NCBI GenBank assembly: GCA_040400605.1
Contig: JBBAPZ010000005.1
Location: forward strand, 147,070 to 204,821
Direction: 5' to 3'
Length of the DNA stretch: 57,752 nucleotides
Origin: Candidatus Sericytochromatia bacterium
GTDB lineage: Bacteria; Cyanobacteriota; Sericytochromatia; S15B-MN24; JAQBPE01
Both the position numbers and the translations under genes were made by a program. Shown in pieces: positions 49,466 through 57,752 of the stretch. The notes beneath the pieces are model-generated. The model saw nothing but the letters and a program-made list of their open reading frames with translations. It was not told the origin of the DNA and ran no database searches. Numbering within the stretch: position 1 is the stretch's first letter; the number at the start of each line of letters is the position of its first letter.

Positions 49466-50335
49466 CTATGTGCGCTGCCACGCGTCAGGTATGGGTTCCT
49501 CGAAAAATAGAGGTGCGTGGGTGATGGGGTGTGCAAATCCCAGTTGCCAGGCGTGAAGGGCCAGGTGGGGACCTGGTGTGCCATACCAGCGATCGCCCTG
49601 CACCGGATGCCCGATGTGTGCCATATGAACCCGTATCTGATGATTGCGACCGGTCTCAAGCCGCAGGCGCAGCAAAGAGTTGCCCTCCGCGTGCCCCAGC
49701 ACCTCAAAGTGGGTGATAGCGGTCTTACCGTCTGTGTGCACCCGCATGCGCTGGGGGTGTTGCGCATCACGGGCAAGCGGTGCGTTGATACACCCACCCT
49801 GTTTGACCGTGCCCTCAACCCAAGCCAGGTAGACGCGTTCGAACTGGCGGTTGGCCGCGGCGTGTAGCAAGCGCTGATGGGCTGCGTCGCTGCGCGCGAA
49901 CACCAACAACCCGGATGTGTCGCGATCCAGGCGGTGGACCACGCCGGGGCCCGCGACGCCGTTAATCCCAGGCCAATCGGTGATGGCGTGCAGCAACGCG
50001 TTGACGCAACTGCCCATCCACCAGCCCGGACCGGGGTGTGTGGCCATGCCGGCGGGTTTGGCGACGACAATGCAGTGCTCGTCACAGTAGCGAATGGGAA
50101 GAGGCAGCGCCTGCGGTGTTGCTGGATGCGGTTGCAATGCGTGAGGGGTCACAACGATTTGTTGTCCAGATTGAACGTAACGGGTTGCTTTGTAAGGATT
50201 GCCGTCGACCAGAACGGAACCGTCCTGGATCCACGAACGCAGGCGGGCCTGTGCGATGGAGGGAAAACGTTTGCTCAACCATTGGATCAAAGCACACGAT
50301 GCGTCTGCGTCCGTTACCTCAAAGGTGTGCGTCAT
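49466..50335 (-). CDS. RluA/RluD-family pseudouridine synthase with S4 domain
   Basis: KPAGM, HRLDRDTSG, LETGRNHQIRVH, GDRWYG. Confidence 0.93.
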   Translation of the reverse strand: MTHTFEVTDADASCALIQWLSKRFPSIAQARLRSWIQDGSVLVDGNPYKATRYVQSGQQIVVTPHALQPHPATPQALPLPIRYCDEHCIVVAKPAGMATHPGPGWWMGSCVNALLHAITDWPGINGVAGPGVVHRLDRDTSGLLVFARSDAAHQRLLHAAANRQFERVYLAWVEGTVKQGGCINAPLARDAQHPQRMRVHTDGKTAITHFEVLGHAEGNSLLRLRLETGRNHQIRVHMAHIGHPVQGDRWYGTPGPHLALHAWQLGFAHPITHAPLFFEEPIPDAWQRT

Positions 50336-50658
50336 CGGCGGTGCTGACTTTCTTGAAAGACCATGCGACAGTTTGCGGCGAATCATCCAGGAAGCCAAGT
50401 CATCGGCTTGTCAATCTTGGCCATTCGATGGACATAATCTTGACCCGTTTTCAGGCAAGGTGCCCTGAAGCGGTTGTTCAAACGATGTTTCAACCAATTA
50501 TTGAGTTGATGGCGTCTCGAACAGGTGTTGACCCAAGCATCGCGTCAGGGGTTTATGGGGGCAGGTGCTGATGGTTCGTTGATGGTCAATCGCCCCATCA
50601 ATGGGTCATGTTCCGTTATCATAAGGCTGTTCGGGTGTCTTTGAGGAGTGTGGATACG

Positions 50659-52320
50659 ATGCCGGCTGATGGCGTGCTTGATGATCTGGCGATTGCGCGC
50701 GGGGTTGTGCCCGAGGCCATTGGTCGCGTGGCGGCGCGCTTGGGGCTGACTGAGGCGGATTGGGAGTCCTATGGGCGTTACAAGGCCAAACTGACGCCTG
50801 AGTGTTGGGAGCGAATTGGCGATCGCCCGGATGGTCGGTTGGTGCTTGTGAGCGCCATCTCGCCAACGCCAGCTGGTGAGGGCAAGACGACCATGACCAT
50901 TGGACTCGGTCAGGCACTTTGTCACTTGGGTGAAAAAGCCATCGTGGCCATTCGCGAGCCTTCGCTGGGGCCTGTGTTTGGTGTCAAGGGTGGTGCGTGC
51001 GGCGGCGGCCGTGCGCAGGTTGTGCCAATGACGGAGATCAATCTGCACTTTAACGGTGACTTCCATGCGATCACCGCCGCGAACAATTTGCTTGCGGCCC
51101 TGATTGACAACCATTTGCATCACGGCAACGCGTTGCGATTGGATCCACGTCGAATCACGTTTCAGCGTGCGATGGACATGAATGACCGTGCGTTGCGGCA
51201 CGTGGTGTTGGGTTTGGGTGGTCAGTCAGGGGGCGTGCCGCGGGAGGCCGGTTTTGTGATCACGCCGGCGTCGGAGGTGATGGCGATTTTGTGTTTGGCG
51301 CAGAATCTGGCTGACCTCAAGGCGCGCCTGGGGCAGATCGTTGTCGGCTATGATCAAGACGGCGGCGTTGTGAGGGCTGACGCGTTGGAGGCCGCCGATG
51401 CGATGGCGGGTCTGTTAAAGGACGCCTTGATGCCGAATCTGGTACAGACCCTGGAGCATACACCTGCTTTGGTTCACGGGGGGCCTTTTGCCAACATTGC
51501 GCACGGTTGCAATTCATTGGTTGCGACGCGGTATGCGTTGAAACTTGGTGATTGGGTGGTGACTGAGGCGGGCTTTGGGGCGGACCTTGGTGCGCAGAAA
51601 TTCATCGACATCAAGTGTCGCATGGGTGATTTGAAGCCTGCCGCCGTTGTGTTGGTGGCGACGGTGCGATCGCTCAAATGGCATGGCGATGGCCATCCAG
51701 ACGCGCTAAGTGCTGGCTTTGCCAACCTCAAACGCCACTACCTGAACATCACCCAACATTTTGGCCTTCCTTGCGTGGTGGCCCTCAATCGCTTCGCGGG
51801 TGATACCGATGCTGAGATCGCCTGGCTGAAAGCCCATGTTACGGAACTCGGCGGCGAACTGGTCATTGCCGATTGTCATGCAAACGGTGGTGCGGGGGGC
51901 GTTGATTTGGCCCGTGCCGTCATGCGGGCCGCCGTGGCGCCCCAAACACCCCGTTTCAGCTATGATGCGCTCGATTCGCCACGTGAAAAAATTCGCAAAA
52001 TCGCCCGCAATGTCTATGGTGCCAATGACGTCATATTTGGCAAGCGTGCCGAAAAAGACCTTGAGGCCCTGATGGATTCCGGCTTCGCGACGGCTCCTGT
52101 ATGCATTGCCAAAACCCAGTATTCGTTTTCTGACGACCCAACTCGACGGGGGGCACCCGACAATTGGGATTTGCACGTTCGTGAGTTACGGCCTGCTGGC
52201 GGGGCTGGCTTCATTGTTGCCTTGTGTGGTGATGTGATGACCATGCCGGGCTTGCCTGCCCATCCTGCGGCTACCCGGATGCAGTTGGACGCCGGAGGTG
52301 TCCTGCATGGGCTTTTTTAG
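50659..52320 (+). CDS. fhs: Formate--tetrahydrofolate ligase
   Basis: PTPAGEGKTT, REPSLGP, HGGPFANIAHGCNS, TEAGFGADLG, AKTQYSFSD, TMPGLP. Confidence 0.97.
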   Translation: MPADGVLDDLAIARGVVPEAIGRVAARLGLTEADWESYGRYKAKLTPECWERIGDRPDGRLVLVSAISPTPAGEGKTTMTIGLGQALCHLGEKAIVAIREPSLGPVFGVKGGACGGGRAQVVPMTEINLHFNGDFHAITAANNLLAALIDNHLHHGNALRLDPRRITFQRAMDMNDRALRHVVLGLGGQSGGVPREAGFVITPASEVMAILCLAQNLADLKARLGQIVVGYDQDGGVVRADALEAADAMAGLLKDALMPNLVQTLEHTPALVHGGPFANIAHGCNSLVATRYALKLGDWVVTEAGFGADLGAQKFIDIKCRMGDLKPAAVVLVATVRSLKWHGDGHPDALSAGFANLKRHYLNITQHFGLPCVVALNRFAGDTDAEIAWLKAHVTELGGELVIADCHANGGAGGVDLARAVMRAAVAPQTPRFSYDALDSPREKIRKIARNVYGANDVIFGKRAEKDLEALMDSGFATAPVCIAKTQYSFSDDPTRRGAPDNWDLHVRELRPAGGAGFIVALCGDVMTMPGLPAHPAATRMQLDAGGVLHGLF

Positions 52321-52608
52321 ACGTCTATACAGAAACGCGTTGATTGGTGACCAAAATTTTGGCTGTTGTTCAAAAACACCTGGTTAGTCCTTGATGTTTT
52401 GAGTTTGCTGCATAATTTTTGAACAAAAACCCATGCGTCACTGTATAGCCACGTTGAGGACGCGAAAGCGCAAATTGACCCGACAAGCTTTCATTTTGAC
52501 AAACGATCGTGCGTTGATTGTCTATCAATAACGGTGCGTGAGCACCCGATTTTACGCATCTCCTACACAGGTTTTTGACCGCCATCAATGCGTCACTGTT
52601 TAGGTGCT

Positions 52609-53544
52609 TTAGTTGGGTAACTGGTCTCGTTGCAGTAGGCGATCGGCACCTTGGGCCAGCAGCAGGCGGGCAGCTTCAACGCCCAGTGCCACCGCCTGTG
52701 TGATGGGACCGGATACGCTGGCATCAAGGGTTTCTGAGCCATCGAGTGAAGCGACGCGTCCGCGCAATGCGATGATGTCGTCTGTGACTGTGGCGTGGCC
52801 GGCGATGGGCACTTGGCAACCGCCATCGAGACACTGTAAAAAACTGCGTTCGGCCATCACCGCGGCAACGGTATGGGGGTCCTGAAGCACCGATAAGCGG
52901 GTTGCGAGGGCTACGTGGTCCAAGCGATACTCGGCACACAAGACGCCTTGTCCGACAGCGGGCAGGCAGTCTGAGGTGTCGAGCAAGCGGGTGATGCGTT
53001 GCGGGAGACCCAGGCGATTGAGGCCAGCGGCGGCCAAAACCAGGGCGTCATAGTCGCCAGAGTCCAATTTGGCGAGGCGGGTGTGAACGTTTCCCCGAAC
53101 ATCCGCAAAGTTCCAGCGCGGTTGCCAGGCTTGCAGTTGGGCCCGGCGCCTGAGGCTGCTGGTACCGATGCGCAATGGCATGGTGTCATCGAGGGGTGTC
53201 GCGGCATGAGAGACGAGGGCGTCGCGGGGGTCCTCACGCTCGCCGATGGCCATGACTGCCAGACCATCGGGTTGTGTGGTTGGCATGTCTTTCAGGGAGT
53301 GAATGGCGAGGTCGATGGTGCCTTCAAGCAAGGCGTCCTCGATTTCCTTGACGAACAGACCGCGTCCGCCGAGTGCGAAGAGGGGTCGATCCAACAAGAT
53401 GTCCCCTTGCGTTTTAATGACCGTAATCGACCACTCTATTTCCGGGTAGAACACCCGTAGCTGATCCACAACAAAATTGGTTTGCCAGAGTGCCAGTGCA
53501 CTGCCGCGTGTACCAACGCGTATCGTTTCACTCACCGCTGCCAT
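52609..53544 (-). CDS. hemC: Porphobilinogen deaminase
   Basis: GTRGSALA, HSLKD, GTSSLRR, RGNV, GGCQVP. Confidence 0.97.
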   Translation of the reverse strand: MAAVSETIRVGTRGSALALWQTNFVVDQLRVFYPEIEWSITVIKTQGDILLDRPLFALGGRGLFVKEIEDALLEGTIDLAIHSLKDMPTTQPDGLAVMAIGEREDPRDALVSHAATPLDDTMPLRIGTSSLRRRAQLQAWQPRWNFADVRGNVHTRLAKLDSGDYDALVLAAAGLNRLGLPQRITRLLDTSDCLPAVGQGVLCAEYRLDHVALATRLSVLQDPHTVAAVMAERSFLQCLDGGCQVPIAGHATVTDDIIALRGRVASLDGSETLDASVSGPITQAVALGVEAARLLLAQGADRLLQRDQLPN

Positions 53545-54866
53545 TCCCGTTGCGACAATTCCGCACGCTCCAGTGAGGGTTGGCGTTTACGCAGATAGCG
53601 TTGGGTTGCATCTTCCACTTCAAGGTCAAACAGACGCGCGAGCACGGCGGCGTGGTAATCCTGTTCATTGGGTGCGAGGGCCTTGAGGTTGACCACGGCT
53701 GGATGACGGATCTTTCCGATCAGTAACTGTCCAAAACGCTCCAGTGCCGCTTCCGGCTCCCGCTCAAGAAAACCACTGTGTCGCTGCATAAAGTCACTGA
53801 GTTCACGGCTCAAGATCGTTTCCAAATGCTCATCCAGCGACTGAATCGTCGGTGTAATCTGGAAAGAGGCCAGGCGAGCAGAGTAATCAAGGAGGTTGTT
53901 TTCGATCATCACCTCGGCGTCGATAATCAGTTTCGCGCGTTCTTCACGGTTGCTGCGCGCAATGGTTTCCAACCCGTCCAAATCAAGCAAATGGATGCCC
54001 GGGAGATCGCCCAGCGCCGGATCGATGTTTCTGGGCACGGCGATATCAATCAAAATGCGTGAACGACCGGGAACGTGGGGATAGTTGTCTGGCGTGATGA
54101 GGTAGTGCGGGGCTGCTGTGCAGCAGATGATCACATCTGCCACGGCATGCAGCATGCGCCCCGCTTCAATGGACCGTGCTTCACCACCAAAGCGGGCCGC
54201 CGTCTCTTGGGCGCGTTCCAGCGTCCGGTTGACGATGTAAACGTGTTTAGCACCTTTCTGAAACAAGGCACGAACGGTGTGGGCGCTCATTTTGCCCGCG
54301 CCGTAGATCAACACGATGCGCTCTTGGAGACTACCAAGGTGCTGTTGTGCCACCTCGACGGCAGCGGACGATACCGAAATTGAGCCCCGACCGATGTTGG
54401 TCTCTGTCCGCACCTGCTTGCCTGCGCGAATGGCTTGCTGAAACAGGGTTTCAAGATACTGGCCCGCGGCATCCACCTGTTGCGCGACTGACAAGGCGGC
54501 CTTGACTTGCGCGAGGATTTGACCCTCTCCGACAATCAACGAATCCAAACCCGCGGTGACCCTGTGCAGGTGCCGAATGGCATCTTCGTTTTCGTGATAA
54601 TACGTGTAATCATCGACGTAACGCTCCGGCAATGATTTTTCGTCCAGCCAGAAACGGGTCAACTGGTCACGCAGTCCCCGTGTCTCTTGTATCACGACAT
54701 AAAATTCGGTGCGATTGCACGTCGAGAGAATGACACACTCAAGCACGCCCGGTTGCGCCAGCAGGCGAGAGACGGCGGCACTGAGCTGACGTTCGCTGAA
54801 ACTGAGCTTTTCGCGGATTTCAACACTGGCTGTCTGATGACTTGCGCCGAAGGCGACAACTTGCAT
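53532..54866 (-). CDS. hemA: Glutamyl-tRNA reductase
   Basis: STCNRTE, GLDS..GEGQI, GAGKM, DIAVPRNI. Confidence 0.97.
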   Translation of the reverse strand: MQVVAFGASHQTASVEIREKLSFSERQLSAAVSRLLAQPGVLECVILSTCNRTEFYVVIQETRGLRDQLTRFWLDEKSLPERYVDDYTYYHENEDAIRHLHRVTAGLDSLIVGEGQILAQVKAALSVAQQVDAAGQYLETLFQQAIRAGKQVRTETNIGRGSISVSSAAVEVAQQHLGSLQERIVLIYGAGKMSAHTVRALFQKGAKHVYIVNRTLERAQETAARFGGEARSIEAGRMLHAVADVIICCTAAPHYLITPDNYPHVPGRSRILIDIAVPRNIDPALGDLPGIHLLDLDGLETIARSNREERAKLIIDAEVMIENNLLDYSARLASFQITPTIQSLDEHLETILSRELSDFMQRHSGFLEREPEAALERFGQLLIGKIRHPAVVNLKALAPNEQDYHAAVLARLFDLEVEDATQRYLRKRQPSLERAELSQREWQR

Positions 54867-55165
54867 AAAAGCCCTTTGTGGCGGGGACGATACAACCGTG
54901 ACCGGGGGATGTGAGGAAGCGGCAACCCAAGCGATGATCCCATCTGGACATCTGCAGGCACGCTTGCCTTTATTCTAACAAAGCAAGGGGCGTCGCAACA
55001 AGCGTTAATGATGCCAACGGTGAAGGCGGCGGTCGGTTTTGGGCACGTGGTGCTTTGTGAAAAAGCCGGAACGCTTTTGATGTTTCTCTTTTGAGAGGCC
55101 AGGGGTTTCTTCGCGCGTATTGTCAGGTGCGTGGGCAAGTTTTGGGGTGCGGTGTTTGGGTGAGC

Positions 55166-55768
55166 TTAGGATTTGAATGAGCGGCGATCGCGCAGGTGGC
55201 GGTTGGTGCGCTCCACTTTTTCCTCGATGCGGGCCAGTGTTTCGATGATGATCGCGTTGGTGCGTTTGACGTCGCCGACTTCGATCATCATGGCCTGGAC
55301 GAGCATTTTGAGATCGACCGGCCCCTTCACGCCCCTCAATACCCCAGGCAGGGCCTGTTCGCTGGCTTGGGTGTACCAGGCTTCGGCGGGTGCGTCATGC
55401 TTAATGAGCACCAGATCACCAAAATCCTCGCGGTTGTTGACCTCGGGCAAGTCAGCCGAGGCTTGGCGGATGAGTTCTTCCAGCGCGTCATCTTCCATCA
55501 GGCCTGTTGTGATGGTTTGTTCCGCGATGGTTTCCTTCGCGGCGGGCTCTGGGATGTCCGGTGTATGCAAAGCCGTGTGATAAAGCACGTCACGGTCGTC
55601 AAGTGATAACGCCGGTTGGGATTGCGATTTTTTTTCGCGTTTGCGTATGGCGCGATCCGCAGCGGCATTGGCTGCTTGTTCCATCGCTTCTTTCATGGCA
55701 CGCACGGATGCGTCTATGTCTTCAAGCGACTGGGTTTGAATCGTCAGGTCCACGTCGTCAGCGTGCAT
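55166..55768 (-). CDS. Hypothetical acidic protein with C-terminal coiled coil
   Basis: GGAG RBS before ATG 55768. Confidence 0.7.
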   Translation of the reverse strand: MHADDVDLTIQTQSLEDIDASVRAMKEAMEQAANAAADRAIRKREKKSQSQPALSLDDRDVLYHTALHTPDIPEPAAKETIAEQTITTGLMEDDALEELIRQASADLPEVNNREDFGDLVLIKHDAPAEAWYTQASEQALPGVLRGVKGPVDLKMLVQAMMIEVGDVKRTNAIIIETLARIEEKVERTNRHLRDRRSFKS

Positions 55769-55820
55769 GGTGTTCTCCGTCCGGCTGTGTTGGCAAAGGC
55801 GTCTCCAGGCGCCTGTGTCA

Positions 55821-56387
55821 TCAGGGGGATTCCTGCAGGACACCCAGTCGTTGTTTGGCTGTTTGGATGCGGGCGGTGATCGACGAATGAAGGCGCTCGG
55901 CGTGGTTGAGGTAAAGGGCGTAGTGTTTGGCGGCCCTTGCTGAATCACCGAGGCGATCCAAGGTACTGGCATACAACCAGCGCGCCTCGGCCAGATCCGG
56001 CCGCGCCTTGAGAATGGTTTCCAGTTCAATCAAGGCTTGGTCGACTCGCCCTGCTCGCAGCGACACCCTGGCGCGCTGAATTCGAAAGGCCTGTTCGGGC
56101 GTTAAAGGTTCACTCTGTCGCGCCAAGAATGCTTCTTGCGGGTTACGCATCATCTTGGCATATTCCTGTCTCGGTATCACCACCAGGAATACCACCAACG
56201 TGCTCGCAATTCCCAACAGCACCCCCGCGATCCAATCAGGTTCCGCGAGCAGCTTTGAACGCCACCAAGCCCACCCCGTTTCGGACAAGGTGGTCAGTGC
56301 AGCATCTTTTGAGACAGTCAGTGCGTGTTCAGCCATCGTGCGCCTTTGCCTTTTCATGTGGTACCACATCCACGCAACGGGAAGCAA
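55821..56387 (-). CDS. Membrane-anchored TPR protein
   Basis: One TM segment, then ALIELETILKARPDLAEARWLYA..LG TPR-like helices. Confidence 0.75.
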   Translation of the reverse strand: MLPVAWMWYHMKRQRRTMAEHALTVSKDAALTTLSETGWAWWRSKLLAEPDWIAGVLLGIASTLVVFLVVIPRQEYAKMMRNPQEAFLARQSEPLTPEQAFRIQRARVSLRAGRVDQALIELETILKARPDLAEARWLYASTLDRLGDSARAAKHYALYLNHAERLHSSITARIQTAKQRLGVLQESP

Positions 56388-56436
56388 GACAAGCTTGCGA
56401 TACCAGCAAGGCTCTGTTATGATTCTTTTCCACTTT

Positions 56437-56518
56437 GGAGGGTGTCCGGGTGGTTAGGAAGCGCACTCGAAATGCGTCGCCCCGCAAGGGGTTGTGAGTT
56501 CGAATCTCATGCCCTCCG
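56437..56518 (+). tRNA. tRNA-Ser (CGA)
   Basis: Acceptor stem GGAGGGT/GCCCTCC, G discriminator, anticodon loop CTCGAAA, long variable arm CCCC-GCAA-GGGG, T-loop TTCGAAT. Confidence 0.92.
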
Positions 56519-56550
56519 CCTCTTTATATTGAATTAAAGTCGCTCACAGT

Positions 56551-56588
56551 GCCGGTTTCAGGGTTCCCTGATTCCGGCGTTTTTCTTC
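56551..56588 (+). terminator. Terminator after tRNA-Ser
   Basis: GCCGG..TCAGG / CCTGA..CCGGC hairpin followed by a T-tract. Confidence 0.65.
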
Positions 56589-56639
56589 GGGGCTACGCTG
56601 GAATTTTATGGGTGCTGGTTCGCGGCGGGCGTTGGGCAG

Positions 56640-57548
56640 TTGGTTTACATTTGCCGCGCGAGGCCAGCCACCCGTTTTGATCTTTTGGATGACTCCGCTG
56701 TGCTACGCTTGGCTGAGTATCGATCGGCATCCACAGAGGCGCACGACAGAACCGTGCTTGTACGGACGGAAATTTATCTGCTTCAAGCGGCGATGGCCTG
56801 CGCAAACCTGGATTGGGAAGAATTCAAAAACGGGTCGTTTCTGATACGGCTCGATGAAGGCACGTATGCCGAGGCGATCGCCAAGGCTATAATTTAAAAA
56901 GAGCGTAGCCCGGATTCTCACCCTGAGGGTTTTGTTTACCAACCGCCCGAAGACTGTGACAAACATTTTCCGCCCGGCGAATTTATCTGTCCCGAGGCTG
57001 TTGACGATTTTTATGCCTGCGCAATGCCAGCAGATAGACGTCAAACGATGCGTGCGGCACTCGACGTCATCCGTCGCGCTATCGCGCTTAACCAGTTAAC
57101 ATATCTTTGCACGCACCAGATTGCGCTCGACGAATTCAAGACGTGATGGCTCAAACGACGGCCTGACGGACAGCCGGTGCCGACAATGTTGCGCGATGTG
57201 TGGCAGGAACTAAGCTTTGACGGGCCGACCTCTGAACTGTTGAAAAACGGTGACCAGTGGACACTCGAGATGAAGCTGCTTGTAAGAGCTTGGCAGCGTT
57301 TCTGGATGGATCCGTCGTCTGTAGAACATGAGTCGGACAAGGTCGACATTATCGATTGGCTTTTCAAGCAGGATAACTCCGAACTCATGCTCACCCCCAA
57401 CAAAGCGAATGCGATTCAGATTCTTATTCGGCCAAAGGAGCACCGCCCAGGCGGCAGGACTAAGCGCTCTAAATCTACCCTTAAGCGCAAATCAGGCGTT
57501 AGGACCAAAAGCCCTGAACCTACCCCAGAGAGCAAATCGCCTAAGTGA
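56640..57548 (+). pseudogene. Island-type hypothetical gene interrupted by two in-frame stops
   Basis: ORFs 56640-56897 and 57177-57548 share a frame; the only stops are TAA 56895 and TGA 57144. Confidence 0.55.
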
Positions 57549-57752
57549 GCATCCCGCGGGCCTTGTTCGCAGTCTGCACACCAGCGCGTCGCTCCAAGGT
57601 TGTCGTACAAACGCTCAGCGCGCTTGTGCACGCATCGTCGCGTGCGGGCACGTTGGTGGCTGCGTGGTCACGCTCAAACCCCTAAGGGGTTTCGCCTTGA
57701 AAATTTTTTCAGTGTAACCCCTCAACGGTTTCAAACCTTTTATTGACGCAGA

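Noticed and set aside
50400..50650. ZTP or THF riboswitch upstream of fhs
   Set aside because: Expected from context, but I could not match the conserved motifs; an Rfam scan would settle it
1..57752. CRISPR array, IS element, integrase or rRNA
   Set aside because: I saw no repeat-spacer periodicity, transposase or integrase motif, or rRNA-like sequence

Overview
Mostly core chromosome of a Gram-negative bacterium. Several genes have a cyanobacterial flavour (Ycf23/DUF561, a small TPR-like protein, an AmiC-type amidase, HelY, SpoIID/LytB), yet no photosynthesis gene is present; a non-photosynthetic relative of Cyanobacteria such as Sericytochromatia is my inference only. Housekeeping genes: eda (partial), lysS, hsp20, dusB, engB, rnhB, helY, lepB, ClpE-type ATPase, orphan MalK/MsmX, prolyl oligopeptidase, rluD-like, fhs, hemA-hemC, tRNA-Asp(GTC) and tRNA-Ser(CGA). 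The most interesting modules are: (1) luxE, a luxC::acyl-CoA-ligase fusion and an MFS exporter with no luxAB/luxD; (2) otsA coupled to a non-HAD phosphatase-family gene in place of otsB; (3) an ExeA-like AAA ATPase coupled to a ParB CTPase with no parA, preceded by nested palindromes; (4) a class III adenylate cyclase whose frame has no ATG/GTG/TTG upstream of its first catalytic Asp; (5) a saw-tooth G+T/A+C strand skew that flips at AT-rich intergenic sites. There is also a frameshifted AAA/PD-(D/E)XK gene and the start of a decayed island after tRNA-Ser. All family calls come from motif recognition by eye; no searches were run.
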